Positions 18,634 to 26,748 of a stretch of 45,332 nucleotides of DNA are shown one piece after another. A model generated the notes under the pieces. It did not search any database. It saw nothing but the letters and a program-made list of their open reading frames with translations, and was not told the DNA's origin. The stretch covers positions 1 to 45,332 of the IMG/VR virus record IMGVR_UViG_3300029822_000020; one strand, 5' to 3'. Origin of the DNA: a virus. Lineage: Duplodnaviria > Caudoviricetes. The translations under genes were made by a program, and so were the position numbers. The first letter of the stretch is position 1; each line of letters opens with the position of its first letter.

Positions 18634-18860
18634 GTGAATGGAAAACAGCTATGTTTTTCTACGATGCCTTAAAAGCAATGATGGATGGTAAGAGTATTAG
18701 ACGTAGGCGTTGGAGAGATAGCTTATCTCTCAAGTATTCCTATATAAATAACGAATACGTGTTCGAATTTTACGATTATGGAGAGCTGTACGCTAGTGTA
18801 GGCTCTTTGTCAGCAAGTAATTTATTCGCTACAGATTGGGAGGTTGTTGAGAATGATTAA
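18630..18860 (+). CDS. divergent DUF2829/Tad2-like protein (start revised to 18630)
   Basis: FYDALKAMMDGKSIRRRRW…LFATDWEVV matches the family termini. Confidence 0.6.
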   Translation: MSEWKTAMFFYDALKAMMDGKSIRRRRWRDSLSLKYSYINNEYVFEFYDYGELYASVGSLSASNLFATDWEVVEND

Positions 18861-19113
18861 CTTAAAAAGCACTTTACGTATCACTAAGGTGATAAAGAAG
18901 TCTAAGGCTGAAGGGTTCAAAAATCTACAGGAGGGCGACGTTATTACGATAGTCGCGCCGCTTGTAGGAGCAGGTCGTCGTAAAGATGGAGCCGCTAGCT
19001 GCTACGCACAAGAGGTAGTTGTAGTGTGCGAGGCTAGAAACATGTCTGTAGTAAAGTCCTTTAGTCAAGCTTCTAACATAATTTACAATTTCTTTGAACT
19101 AGAGGAGGTGTAA
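18853..19113 (+). CDS. hypothetical protein
   Basis: GGAGGT RBS before ATG 18853. Confidence 0.7.
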   Translation: MINLKSTLRITKVIKKSKAEGFKNLQEGDVITIVAPLVGAGRRKDGAASCYAQEVVVVCEARNMSVVKSFSQASNIIYNFFELEEV

Positions 19114-19118
19114 GGTAC

Positions 19119-19271
19119 ATGAAGGAAGAAGAAAAATGCGGTTGTGTGAGGACACCTTCACAATTTCATCCCTGTAGGTTCCATCTTGACAGAATGAAAG
19201 AAGAAGCAGAGGCATTACGTATAGCGAAACTGTTTAACATATCAATCGAAGAAGCGAGGCGTTGTAGATGA
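19119..19271 (+). CDS. 50-aa Cys/His protein, absent from the ORF track
   Basis: GGAGGTG RBS; CGC…CRFH. Confidence 0.6.
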   Translation: MKEEEKCGCVRTPSQFHPCRFHLDRMKEEAEALRIAKLFNISIEEARRCR

Positions 19272-19381
19272 AAGTTATTAAACTTTTTCAATGTGGTGAA
19301 TGTGACGAAACGTATCACAGCTACGTCAGAGCATGTGAGTGCTGCGTAGATGACGAAGAAATGGAGGAGGAAACGGAATGA
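19268..19381 (+). CDS. 37-aa Zn-finger microprotein, absent from the ORF track
   Basis: ATGA overlaps at both ends; CGEC…ACECC with acidic tail. Confidence 0.6.
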   Translation: MKVIKLFQCGECDETYHSYVRACECCVDDEEMEEETE

Positions 19382-20307
19382 AAGTACAATTAGTGAAAAT
19401 TGAGGGGTACGAGGCGGCTATTAATGCGCTTCGTATGTCTACAGGTAAGTTCTACAGCTACGAGAAACTACGAGACATTCAACAGTTAGTATGGCTCATG
19501 ACAGACGATAGAGGATTCATTAACGATGAAAACCTCTATAGATGCAACTTTGAAACTGCCATGTGGAATGATAGAGAGCGCACGCAGCGTAACGGTAAGA
19601 TAACTGGAATTTACGAAGAAGATTTACTAGAGTTCAAACGTCTTTTAGGTCTGACAAAGAATCAGGCTATGGGCGAGAACAACCATCATACGCTTATGAT
19701 GTACTTAGATATTACCTTCATTACGGAGGACATGCACAGAGGAGCACAAGACGACTTAGACGCACATGCCAAGTCATTCGATAACCGTATCACACGATTC
19801 AGTACTCGCTTAGCTGAATTTGATGGCGTGGAACTAAGCGACTGGTACAAGGGCAAAGTGATACCGTTTGGTGAAGTTGATGACGCAGCTATGAAACCAC
19901 TGCCTGAACATGTTATAAAGGATGGGAATTTCTACAATAGAACACCGTTCGGTTACGTCCTAGAGAAACATTCGCAGGTTCCTGCTAAGAATGGACTAGA
20001 TAAGGACGTACAGCGAGGTCTTATGCCACTGGGCATGAAATCTACAGCGCAATGGAAAGCGAATCTACATTCTCTTAGATATGTGTACATGATGCGTTCT
20101 AAGAAAACAAAGGCTAATCCTGAATTAAAAGAAGCTATGGAGCAACTTGCTGACTTGCTAGAAAAGCATCTGCCTGTGTTCGGTGAGCACTTCCGATATG
20201 TTCAGACAGCTACAGGCGAGTGGGAGCACCTTAGTTCTCAAAAGATCGTATCACGTGAAGATTATGAACTATTGAAGCGTGTTAAAAAGGAGCGTGCTGA
20301 ACAATGA
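19378..20307 (+). CDS. divergent ThyX-like (flavin-dependent thymidylate synthase fold) protein
   Basis: HHTLMMYLDITF, R…LDAHA…FSTR and DVQRGLMP…ANLHSLRYVYMMR follow the ThyX motif order. Confidence 0.6.
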   Translation: MKVQLVKIEGYEAAINALRMSTGKFYSYEKLRDIQQLVWLMTDDRGFINDENLYRCNFETAMWNDRERTQRNGKITGIYEEDLLEFKRLLGLTKNQAMGENNHHTLMMYLDITFITEDMHRGAQDDLDAHAKSFDNRITRFSTRLAEFDGVELSDWYKGKVIPFGEVDDAAMKPLPEHVIKDGNFYNRTPFGYVLEKHSQVPAKNGLDKDVQRGLMPLGMKSTAQWKANLHSLRYVYMMRSKKTKANPELKEAMEQLADLLEKHLPVFGEHFRYVQTATGEWEHLSSQKIVSREDYELLKRVKKERAEQ

Positions 20308-20462
20308 TAGTTACTTACATGCTTCTAATCGCTGCCAATTTGACGTTTGCGTGGCTTAACATTCATGGTGAAGGAAACTATAAGATAAACAGTACAATCG
20401 CTTACATGTGCATTGTAGGCGCTGTAATGTGTATCGTAAATACAATTAATGAGGTGCTGTAA
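20304..20462 (+). CDS. 52-aa two-TM protein, absent from the ORF track
   Basis: AGGAG RBS; overlaps both neighbours; two hydrophobic segments. Confidence 0.6.
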   Translation: MIVTYMLLIAANLTFAWLNIHGEGNYKINSTIAYMCIVGAVMCIVNTINEVL

Positions 20463-20983
20463 TGGTTGCAATTTTGGCATTAGATATTTCAGGAAACCAC
20501 CCTTCGTTAGCTGACGAAGGGAAAGGGACTACAGGTTGTGCGTTTTCCAATAACGGAAAAGAACAGTTGTTCGATGTTTCAGCTACAGACTTTAAGACGG
20601 TTGAGGAATATTGGTTTTACATTGGTATGATGTTTGAAAATCTAAAGCCTGATTATGTTGTAATTGAAGGGTATAGGCTGTATAATCATAAGGGAAAATC
20701 TGCTAGCATTCAGTCTCAATCGGTTATGCCTACTTCGCAGCTACTAGGTTACTTGCGAATGAATCTGTGGTTTAAGGGCATTCCTTTGACAATACAATAT
20801 GCAGCAGATGTTAAAACTAGATGGTCTGACGATGTTCTAGCAAACTTAGAGCTATTTGAAAGACGGGGCAGTAATATCTATTTCAATGGTGAGCGGACTA
20901 ACGCACATAAGCGTGACGCGTACCGCCACCTAAAGCACTTTGAGCGTTACAAACTACCGAAATTACAGGGGGAATCGAAATGA
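20462..20983 (+). CDS. RuvC-like Holliday junction resolvase
   Basis: ILALD, VVIE and HKRDA acidic triad of the RNase H fold. Confidence 0.8.
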   Translation: MVAILALDISGNHPSLADEGKGTTGCAFSNNGKEQLFDVSATDFKTVEEYWFYIGMMFENLKPDYVVIEGYRLYNHKGKSASIQSQSVMPTSQLLGYLRMNLWFKGIPLTIQYAADVKTRWSDDVLANLELFERRGSNIYFNGERTNAHKRDAYRHLKHFERYKLPKLQGESK

Positions 20984-21201
20984 GTACAAAGATAATACAG
21001 CTTGCCGCAGTAACAGGAACAAACCAAGATGAATTTATAAAATCAATGGAGCAAGCTTTCAAACGAGGTTCAGAGAAGATGAAAGAAAAAGGATTCATCG
21101 ACTACACTGAAAGCATACAATACCATCCAGTAAGTACGTTTAACGAGGTAGTATATACAGCAATGTTGACATGGACAGTAACTAAGGGGGAATCGAAATG
21201 A
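20967..21201 (+). repeat. 17-bp perfect direct repeat AGGGGGAATCGAAATGA flanking a gene
   Basis: Copies at 20967-20983 and 21185-21201. Confidence 0.85.
20980..21201 (+). CDS. hypothetical protein
   Basis: Strong RBS; ATGA overlaps. Confidence 0.7.
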   Translation: MSTKIIQLAAVTGTNQDEFIKSMEQAFKRGSEKMKEKGFIDYTESIQYHPVSTFNEVVYTAMLTWTVTKGESK

Positions 21202-21863
21202 CAGAAGCAGTAAACACTACAGATTTAGAGGTATTTGTACAAGAAAACGGTATTATTAGAGTTAAGCAGGACGGTAAAATACTAGGACATATATCTGTAA
21301 GTATTCCATACGAGTCACTTAAAAAATACGCTAAAGATGACGACATGGGTAAATTAGCTGATACAATATCAGAGCTTAATATGCAGAGAATGTACGGTAA
21401 GCAAAGTAAGCTACACGAAAAGATAGCAGAAGTCACAGGCGTAGATTTTAACCATTATACGGTGATAGATAAGCTTAGATGTGCATTCCATGTAGAGGTT
21501 GCAGAGCTTGCTAATGAAGTAGAGTTCTTCAAGTATTGGAAGAAAGATAAAAACAACGATTCTTACAAGCAAATTGACGAATTATCGGACTGCCTGCATG
21601 TCTTATTATCTATCTGCGTAATAAGAGGCTATCAGAACGTCATTAGAAGCGTCACAGAGCTTCCTTTGTGGAAAGACATGGATTATATAGACATGTTCGA
21701 AATGCTTCGCAGAAACGATTTAGCGACCTCACAGGACGTGGCTATGGCATTGACCGTTCTAGTCGGTATTGGTCGCAAGTTAGGATTTACAATTCCTGAA
21801 ATTATCGAAGGTTATTACGACAAGAATACTGTAAACGTCCTTCGTCAAACTAAAGGATACTAA
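21198..21863 (+). CDS. dimeric (all-alpha) dUTPase with N-terminal extension
   Basis: VEVAELANE..FKYWK, DELSDCLH and YYDKNTVN..RQ..GY motifs. Confidence 0.88.
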   Translation: MTEAVNTTDLEVFVQENGIIRVKQDGKILGHISVSIPYESLKKYAKDDDMGKLADTISELNMQRMYGKQSKLHEKIAEVTGVDFNHYTVIDKLRCAFHVEVAELANEVEFFKYWKKDKNNDSYKQIDELSDCLHVLLSICVIRGYQNVIRSVTELPLWKDMDYIDMFEMLRRNDLATSQDVAMALTVLVGIGRKLGFTIPEIIEGYYDKNTVNVLRQTKGY

Positions 21864-21899
21864 ATAAAAAGCCCACTCAAATGAGTGGGTTTTATTTAT
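21861..21899. terminator. bidirectional terminator between the early and late arms
   Basis: AAAAA-GCCCACTCA-AA-TGAGTGGGT-TTT. Confidence 0.9.
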
Positions 21900-21907
21900 A
21901 CATAAGA

Positions 21908-24316
21908 TTAAAGTTGAGTAACTCTACCGTAGTTAGTTGTACGTGATGGCTCTATAGTTGTTAACGTTGTAACGTCCCCTAGCTCAATAATTGCACCGTT
22001 TTTAGCATCGAAGCCAATACCTGTAGTTCCTGAAGCCTTTGCAACTACAGCACGCACAGCTCCTTGCATTTCAAGACAAGTAAACTTGTCATTACCTGCA
22101 TTAACTGTAAGTGTGTTTAAGAACAGGTTAGTACCGTATAGACATCTGACTGCCCATTTTTGCTGTGCACCTGTGTAAGCTGAAGCATCTACAGTAATAT
22201 TAGTAGACTTTGCATCTACACAACGCTTGTATGTGATCGGAGTAGACCCTGAACTGTTAAGTACGAATGAGAACCCTGTGCACTCTACACTGCCTGCGAA
22301 TCCTCCGAATGTAAATATTCCGTACATTTTAGTATTAACTGTGTCAGTTGCAGTAATATTAATGTAACCAGAACCTAACTTAGCAGGAATCGTGACGTTT
22401 TCTACATAATCACCGTAGTATACAGTGATCTTAAACACGTGATTGATAATATCAGGCATTTCCTGAACAGCTCTGCTAATCGTTGCGTAAGGCGCTGAAG
22501 TAGTACCTGTGCCTGTTGTGTCGCTACCTGTGCGAGAGTTTACGTATAAAGTAACGTTAGCTGTCGTGCTAGTAAGCGTCTTGCCTGCGTTAGCTAAAGT
22601 GTCTTGCACATCTTGACTTAGCTTCGATAATCCTACAGACTTATCAATCAAGTTAGCTCCGTCTAGCTCCGTTCCTGAACCTGCTTCAACCCATCCAGTA
22701 TCAGTTTGAACCACACCGTTATCGCTGTAGATATTACGCTTAAACTCTTTACCGTTACGTCTATCTATAATGCTGTAGTTAATGGCATTCTGTGTACCGT
22801 AGTCACTATTTGAGATACTTACAATATAAGAAGCTGAAGTGTCAGGCGGTAAGAAGTTATTTAGTCCGTCTTTACCTGACGTGTAGACACCTGAAGTTTT
22901 TATAGTTGGCAGTCTATCTTCATTCACGTATGGCAGGTTATCTACGCCATAACCATGATCTTGAAAATACAGCTTATTAGCAGCAATTAAAGCGTCAACC
23001 TCGTCTGTACGATATGCTTGTACGTCACTAGCTAATAGTGTAACGTTCCCTGATCTATTAGGAGGGTTGCCGTTTACAGCTTTAACAGTACCTGTAGGAA
23101 CAGGAAGCGTAACATTACCGTTAGCGTCAGGCTGAATACCGTTTACTGAAGCTACGGAGCCTGTACCATCTACACCTCTAATGGCTAGTACTGTCCAGTC
23201 CTCGTTATCGAATGGCGGTGTAGGAGGCGTAGAGTATACACCGTCTTTCTTGGCTTGATAAGTATTGCCGTTATACGTAACAACATTGTTTTTAGAATAA
23301 ACTTTACCTTGTACAAAGGCAACAGCACCGCCCCAACCAGCTACAGCTTCAGCGGCTGTATTTGCAGATGCAGCGGCAGTATTAGCAGCGTTAGTAGCGT
23401 CTACGGCATCTGATTTAGCGGCGTTAACTTCTGCTACCATTTCCTGCTTGGCAACATTTACGTCAGACGTTAACTGTTCTTTAGTTTGCTGTGCATCGTT
23501 AAGCAACTGTTGTTTAGTAGTAGCAGCGTCGTCAATCAGTTGCTGTTTGGCAGTGTTCACTTCTCCTACTAATTGAGTTGTAGTAGTTTCCATGTTAACG
23601 ATTGCGGTATTTGCAGATGTTGCCGCATTTTCAGCCTTTGTAGCGGCTAAGTTTGCGCTATTAGTAGCTAAGTCAGCATTAGTAGCAGATGTGTTAGCTC
23701 TAGCAGTAGCTGCTTCTGAAAGTTCTACAGCCTTGTTAGCCATAGTTGTAGCTGTGTTAGCGTTGTCGATTGCTTCTAAAGCCTTAGTATTAGCTAAGGT
23801 AGCTGAATCTAAAGCAGTATTTGCAGATACGATAATACCGTCTACACGTGTTTCTGCTTCGTTCAGCCGTAATATAGCGGCGTTACCTTCATTGACCATA
23901 TCTTCTACGCCTGCCGTCTTGATATTAACTTGACTAATAAAGTAGTCTAACGTGTACGTTGTAACCTCTACGCCTAACTCGTCGATAGGCTTTTGAATAT
24001 TAAGCATGTAGTAACCTTTTGACGGAGCTACGTGCTTCTCACCTTCAGGCGTGTAGATATGAACCTCTAGGCGATTTTTACCTACAGGAATTAAGTCCCC
24101 TTCGTCCAGTCCGAACTCTAATTCTCCTACGCCACTAAGTAGCTTAGGTGTAAGCGTCAGAACACGTCCTGCCTCTACACCGATCACTACCTCAATCTTT
24201 GTAGCTGTATCTAAAGGTAACGGTTTTTCTTCCGAATCTAACACACGTAAATGTATCTGTGTGGCTGTATCGTTTGATTTTAAAAAGAAACTATCATTTA
24301 TGTTTTCTAATAGCAA
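21908..24316 (-). CDS. tail fibre / receptor-binding protein
   Basis: BppU-like N-terminus; Ala/Asn/Thr coiled coil; CBM5/12-like VYSKNNVVTYNGNTYQA…W; SVNG/AVNG repeats; C-terminal beta-helix with DUF1565-like G.D..GTGT..APY.TI..A. Confidence 0.8.
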   Translation of the reverse strand: MLLENINDSFFLKSNDTATQIHLRVLDSEEKPLPLDTATKIEVVIGVEAGRVLTLTPKLLSGVGELEFGLDEGDLIPVGKNRLEVHIYTPEGEKHVAPSKGYYMLNIQKPIDELGVEVTTYTLDYFISQVNIKTAGVEDMVNEGNAAILRLNEAETRVDGIIVSANTALDSATLANTKALEAIDNANTATTMANKAVELSEAATARANTSATNADLATNSANLAATKAENAATSANTAIVNMETTTTQLVGEVNTAKQQLIDDAATTKQQLLNDAQQTKEQLTSDVNVAKQEMVAEVNAAKSDAVDATNAANTAAASANTAAEAVAGWGGAVAFVQGKVYSKNNVVTYNGNTYQAKKDGVYSTPPTPPFDNEDWTVLAIRGVDGTGSVASVNGIQPDANGNVTLPVPTGTVKAVNGNPPNRSGNVTLLASDVQAYRTDEVDALIAANKLYFQDHGYGVDNLPYVNEDRLPTIKTSGVYTSGKDGLNNFLPPDTSASYIVSISNSDYGTQNAINYSIIDRRNGKEFKRNIYSDNGVVQTDTGWVEAGSGTELDGANLIDKSVGLSKLSQDVQDTLANAGKTLTSTTANVTLYVNSRTGSDTTGTGTTSAPYATISRAVQEMPDIINHVFKITVYYGDYVENVTIPAKLGSGYINITATDTVNTKMYGIFTFGGFAGSVECTGFSFVLNSSGSTPITYKRCVDAKSTNITVDASAYTGAQQKWAVRCLYGTNLFLNTLTVNAGNDKFTCLEMQGAVRAVVAKASGTTGIGFDAKNGAIIELGDVTTLTTIEPSRTTNYGRVTQL

Positions 24317-24337
24317 AGTGCATCATCCTCCCATAAT

Positions 24338-24368
24338 AAAAAGCCGAACTGTCATAGTTCGACTTTCA
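24338..24368 (-). terminator. intrinsic terminator after the lysis operon
   Basis: Minus strand AAAGTCGAACT-ATGAC-AGTTCGGCTTTT. Confidence 0.6.
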
Positions 24369-24403
24369 TTTTAGCATAATATAACATATCTAGCAATCTG
24401 ATA

Positions 24404-24607
24404 CTATGTCATTCTACGTTTAGCGTACTTATGTCTAACGAAGTCTACTAGTTCTCTGTGGAACTTGGTATTGGTCGTGAACTTTGTCCATAGCCTATCA
24501 TAGACGTGAAGCATTACTAAACATAAAACTCCTATGAAAATAAGTGACATTAGTATTACTATAATAGCTGCTACGATAACGGCTGAACCTGTTAGTGTTA
24601 TACTCAT
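24404..24607 (-). CDS. small membrane protein of the lysis cassette
   Basis: Long hydrophobic N-terminal segment, basic C-terminus; TAATG overlap. Confidence 0.7.
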   Translation of the reverse strand: MSITLTGSAVIVAAIIVILMSLIFIGVLCLVMLHVYDRLWTKFTTNTKFHRELVDFVRHKYAKRRMT

Positions 24608-24825
24608 TAGTCTAGCCCTTTATCTTTCAAGGCTTGCTTTTGTTTCTTGCCCTTCGAGCTAAGGTAGTTGTTTTTCCAAGCCGCATGTAATGTTAAAATT
24701 AGCATTACGACTCCTACAACATAGTCCTGAACATCTTCAGGGAAGTTAAGTCCGAAGTATGCAAGAATAGAAGCTAAGAGAGCTACGATGCGTGCAATAG
24801 ATAGTTTGTCTGTTGGATATTTCAT
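24607..24825 (-). CDS. holin, SPP1 family
   Basis: DKLSIARIVAL…AAWKNNYLSSKGKKQKQALK. Confidence 0.9.
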   Translation of the reverse strand: MKYPTDKLSIARIVALLASILAYFGLNFPEDVQDYVVGVVMLILTLHAAWKNNYLSSKGKKQKQALKDKGLD

Positions 24826-25079
24826 GCTAGTTCCTCCTCTAGAGCGAAAATGTTAATGTCTAAGTTTTCAGCACTTGCCACGGTACAACCTACTATCTTA
24901 ACTTTACTATTCATAACATGCGTGCCGTCTTCTTTATAAGCACCTGCATAGAACTTAGCTTTGTCCTCAAACGAGAAGTTAGGGACTACGATAAATTCTA
25001 GTACTCCTTCTGCGTCTATAGCAACAATTACATACGACGCAGTATAGTCGTTTAAGCACTCTAATAGTACGTCCTTCAT
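24822..25079 (-). CDS. hypothetical protein inside the lysis cassette
   Basis: EFIVVP..SFEDKAKFY..AY.EDG.H..N.KVKIVG; soluble, no TM segment. Confidence 0.7.
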   Translation of the reverse strand: MKDVLLECLNDYTASYVIVAIDAEGVLEFIVVPNFSFEDKAKFYAGAYKEDGTHVMNSKVKIVGCTVASAENLDINIFALEEELA

Positions 25080-25080
25080 G

Positions 25081-25830
25081 TTAGTTTTCCTCCTTCACTT
25101 CATAAGCGTAACCTGCAATGCTTGCAAGAACTACCTTTTTAGCCGCTGCTTCTGCTGTTTCTTTACCTTTAAAAGTGCCAGTTTTTACTCGATACCTTCC
25201 TTTTTCCTCAACTACGTGAGCAATCCATCCGAAACGAGACTTCATAAGTTCACGTGCGTTTTCAGCCAAAGCTCTGTTAGTCCATGTTCCTGTTTGTACA
25301 CGATAGAGCGTGTTATCTGTAGGCTTAGGTGCAGGCTTTGCGATACCTGCCGCACGTTCCACCATAGTCAAGAAAGTTGCCCAATTCTTAGGCTTTGCCG
25401 CACGAAGGTTACGAGGGCAATTCTTTCCACTGAAGTAGTTATGCTGAACAACCTTGTCCAACTTGATACCTGTTTGCTTCATGATATGAGCAACTAAGGC
25501 AGCCGCATTCTCTAAAGCAGTTTCGTAGTTTCCATCACGATTTACACAAATTTCAACGTGGATACCGCCATTGTTACCTTCGTTAGTTCCTGCCGCCCAA
25601 CAACGTACTGTATGTCTGAATGATTGTACTGCCTCTTTGTCATCTACTGTCCAATGCCATGAAGCGTTACGACTGTTGCCGTTGCGTTGTAACCTAGCGT
25701 GAGCGTCTGCGTCAGCACCAATACTAGTATTGTCAGTTTCATGTACAACAATATACTTTTGCCAGTTACCATGCCCCGAAGTCACTTTATTTAATATGTC
25801 AGGCGTTACAAACAATCCTCTGTAGTTCAT
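25081..25830 (-). CDS. endolysin: N-acetylmuramoyl-L-alanine amidase (Amidase_2) with SPOR-type repeats
   Basis: IVVHETDN, SWHWTVDD, EICVN and QHNYFSGKNCP; YRVQTG/YRVKTG repeats. Confidence 0.93.
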   Translation of the reverse strand: MNYRGLFVTPDILNKVTSGHGNWQKYIVVHETDNTSIGADADAHARLQRNGNSRNASWHWTVDDKEAVQSFRHTVRCWAAGTNEGNNGGIHVEICVNRDGNYETALENAAALVAHIMKQTGIKLDKVVQHNYFSGKNCPRNLRAAKPKNWATFLTMVERAAGIAKPAPKPTDNTLYRVQTGTWTNRALAENARELMKSRFGWIAHVVEEKGRYRVKTGTFKGKETAEAAAKKVVLASIAGYAYEVKEEN

Positions 25831-26075
25831 TCCACTACCTCCTCATAAGTAGCCTCAAAAATGTCAGTCTTACAAGGATACACTTCACCTTTAACACCTT
25901 GTATAATATAGTCTCCTACTTCTCCACGCATGATTCCTTCAAGTGTGACAATTTCACAATGCGTTTTAAATGTTATAATTTCATCATTAGTAACTTTGTC
26001 AGTGAACCAATCAGGACGTGCATCTACATAATATCTAAATGCTTCTACTACTACAGGCTTTTTGCGGTACTTCAT
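25827..26075 (-). CDS. conserved small phage protein MKYRKKPVVVEA…GDYII…YPCK.DIF..TY (start revised to 26075)
   Basis: GGGAGG RBS; ATGA overlaps with Tad2 and the endolysin. Confidence 0.8.
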   Translation of the reverse strand: MKYRKKPVVVEAFRYYVDARPDWFTDKVTNDEIITFKTHCEIVTLEGIMRGEVGDYIIQGVKGEVYPCKTDIFEATYEEVVE

Positions 26076-26332
26076 TCTACAACCTCCCAATCTTCTGCTA
26101 ACATATCGGTCTGTGAAGCTAACCAACCAATCTGTATGTGGTTAGATGTTGTTTTAATAGCTAAAGCGCTAACTACTGTAGGTTCTCCTACGTACTCACC
26201 GTAGCCGAACTTCAATGCTTCTTGCAAGTCTAAACCGCTCACTAAGAAAACAAACTGTCCTTTACCGTTCCACCCTTTTCTAGTAACTGCCTTGCCTTGC
26301 TTAGTTGCTTCAATCGCTTGTCCGAAAGTCAT
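26072..26332 (-). CDS. tad2: Thoeris anti-defence sponge Tad2 (DUF2829) homolog
   Basis: MTFGQAI…G..V.R.GWNGKG.FVFL…FGYGEY..EP…IKT…WLASQTDMLAEDWEVV closely follows SPO1 Tad2 as I recall it. Confidence 0.85.
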   Translation of the reverse strand: MTFGQAIEATKQGKAVTRKGWNGKGQFVFLVSGLDLQEALKFGYGEYVGEPTVVSALAIKTTSNHIQIGWLASQTDMLAEDWEVVE

Positions 26333-26344
26333 TCAGCTTCCCCC

Positions 26345-26680
26345 TTATAAGAAAATCTTGTCCAATATAAAAGCTAAAACGCCTGCCGCTACTGACCGTC
26401 CTAACCAAGTCTGCGAGTTTTCTAGTTTTGTTATACGCTCGTCTTGTGCGGCGTCCTTCGTCTCAATTAATTTTTCAGTGGTAGCGATAGTCTTAGCAAT
26501 GAGAGCCTCTGCTTCGTCAATACGTTTGTGCGACATTTTAATACTCTCATTCATAGCAGGCGTTTCACTTACTAACTTTAACACACTTTCCAATTGTGTG
26601 CCAATATTTTTAGTATTTTCTTCTAATCTAGCAATGGATACTAATATAAACTTTACTTCCTCCACGTTTTGCTCCCCCAT
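26345..26680 (-). CDS. XhlA/hemolysin-like holin (start revised to 26680)
   Basis: GGAGGG RBS; coiled coil, HKRIDE, RITKLENSQTWL, C-terminal TM. Confidence 0.7.
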   Translation of the reverse strand: MGEQNVEEVKFILVSIARLEENTKNIGTQLESVLKLVSETPAMNESIKMSHKRIDEAEALIAKTIATTEKLIETKDAAQDERITKLENSQTWLGRSVAAGVLAFILDKIFL

Positions 26681-26718
26681 TCTGAAAAACCTCCCTCCAT
26701 ATGTCATATACAAGTGAG

Positions 26719-26728
26719 AGTATACCAT
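26719..26728 (-). promoter_or_regulatory. extended -10 promoter for the lysis operon
   Basis: Minus strand ATGGTATACT (TGnTATACT); weak -35. Confidence 0.5.
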
Positions 26729-26748
26729 ATGTTGGGAGGTTTAGGCTA

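Noticed and set aside
244-21436. Minus-strand ORFs in the + arm (e.g. 244-666, 4418-4741, 8953-9378, 11459-11932, 14050-14493)
   Set aside because: They are antisense shadows of well-supported, RBS-bearing genes and show no recognisable motifs.
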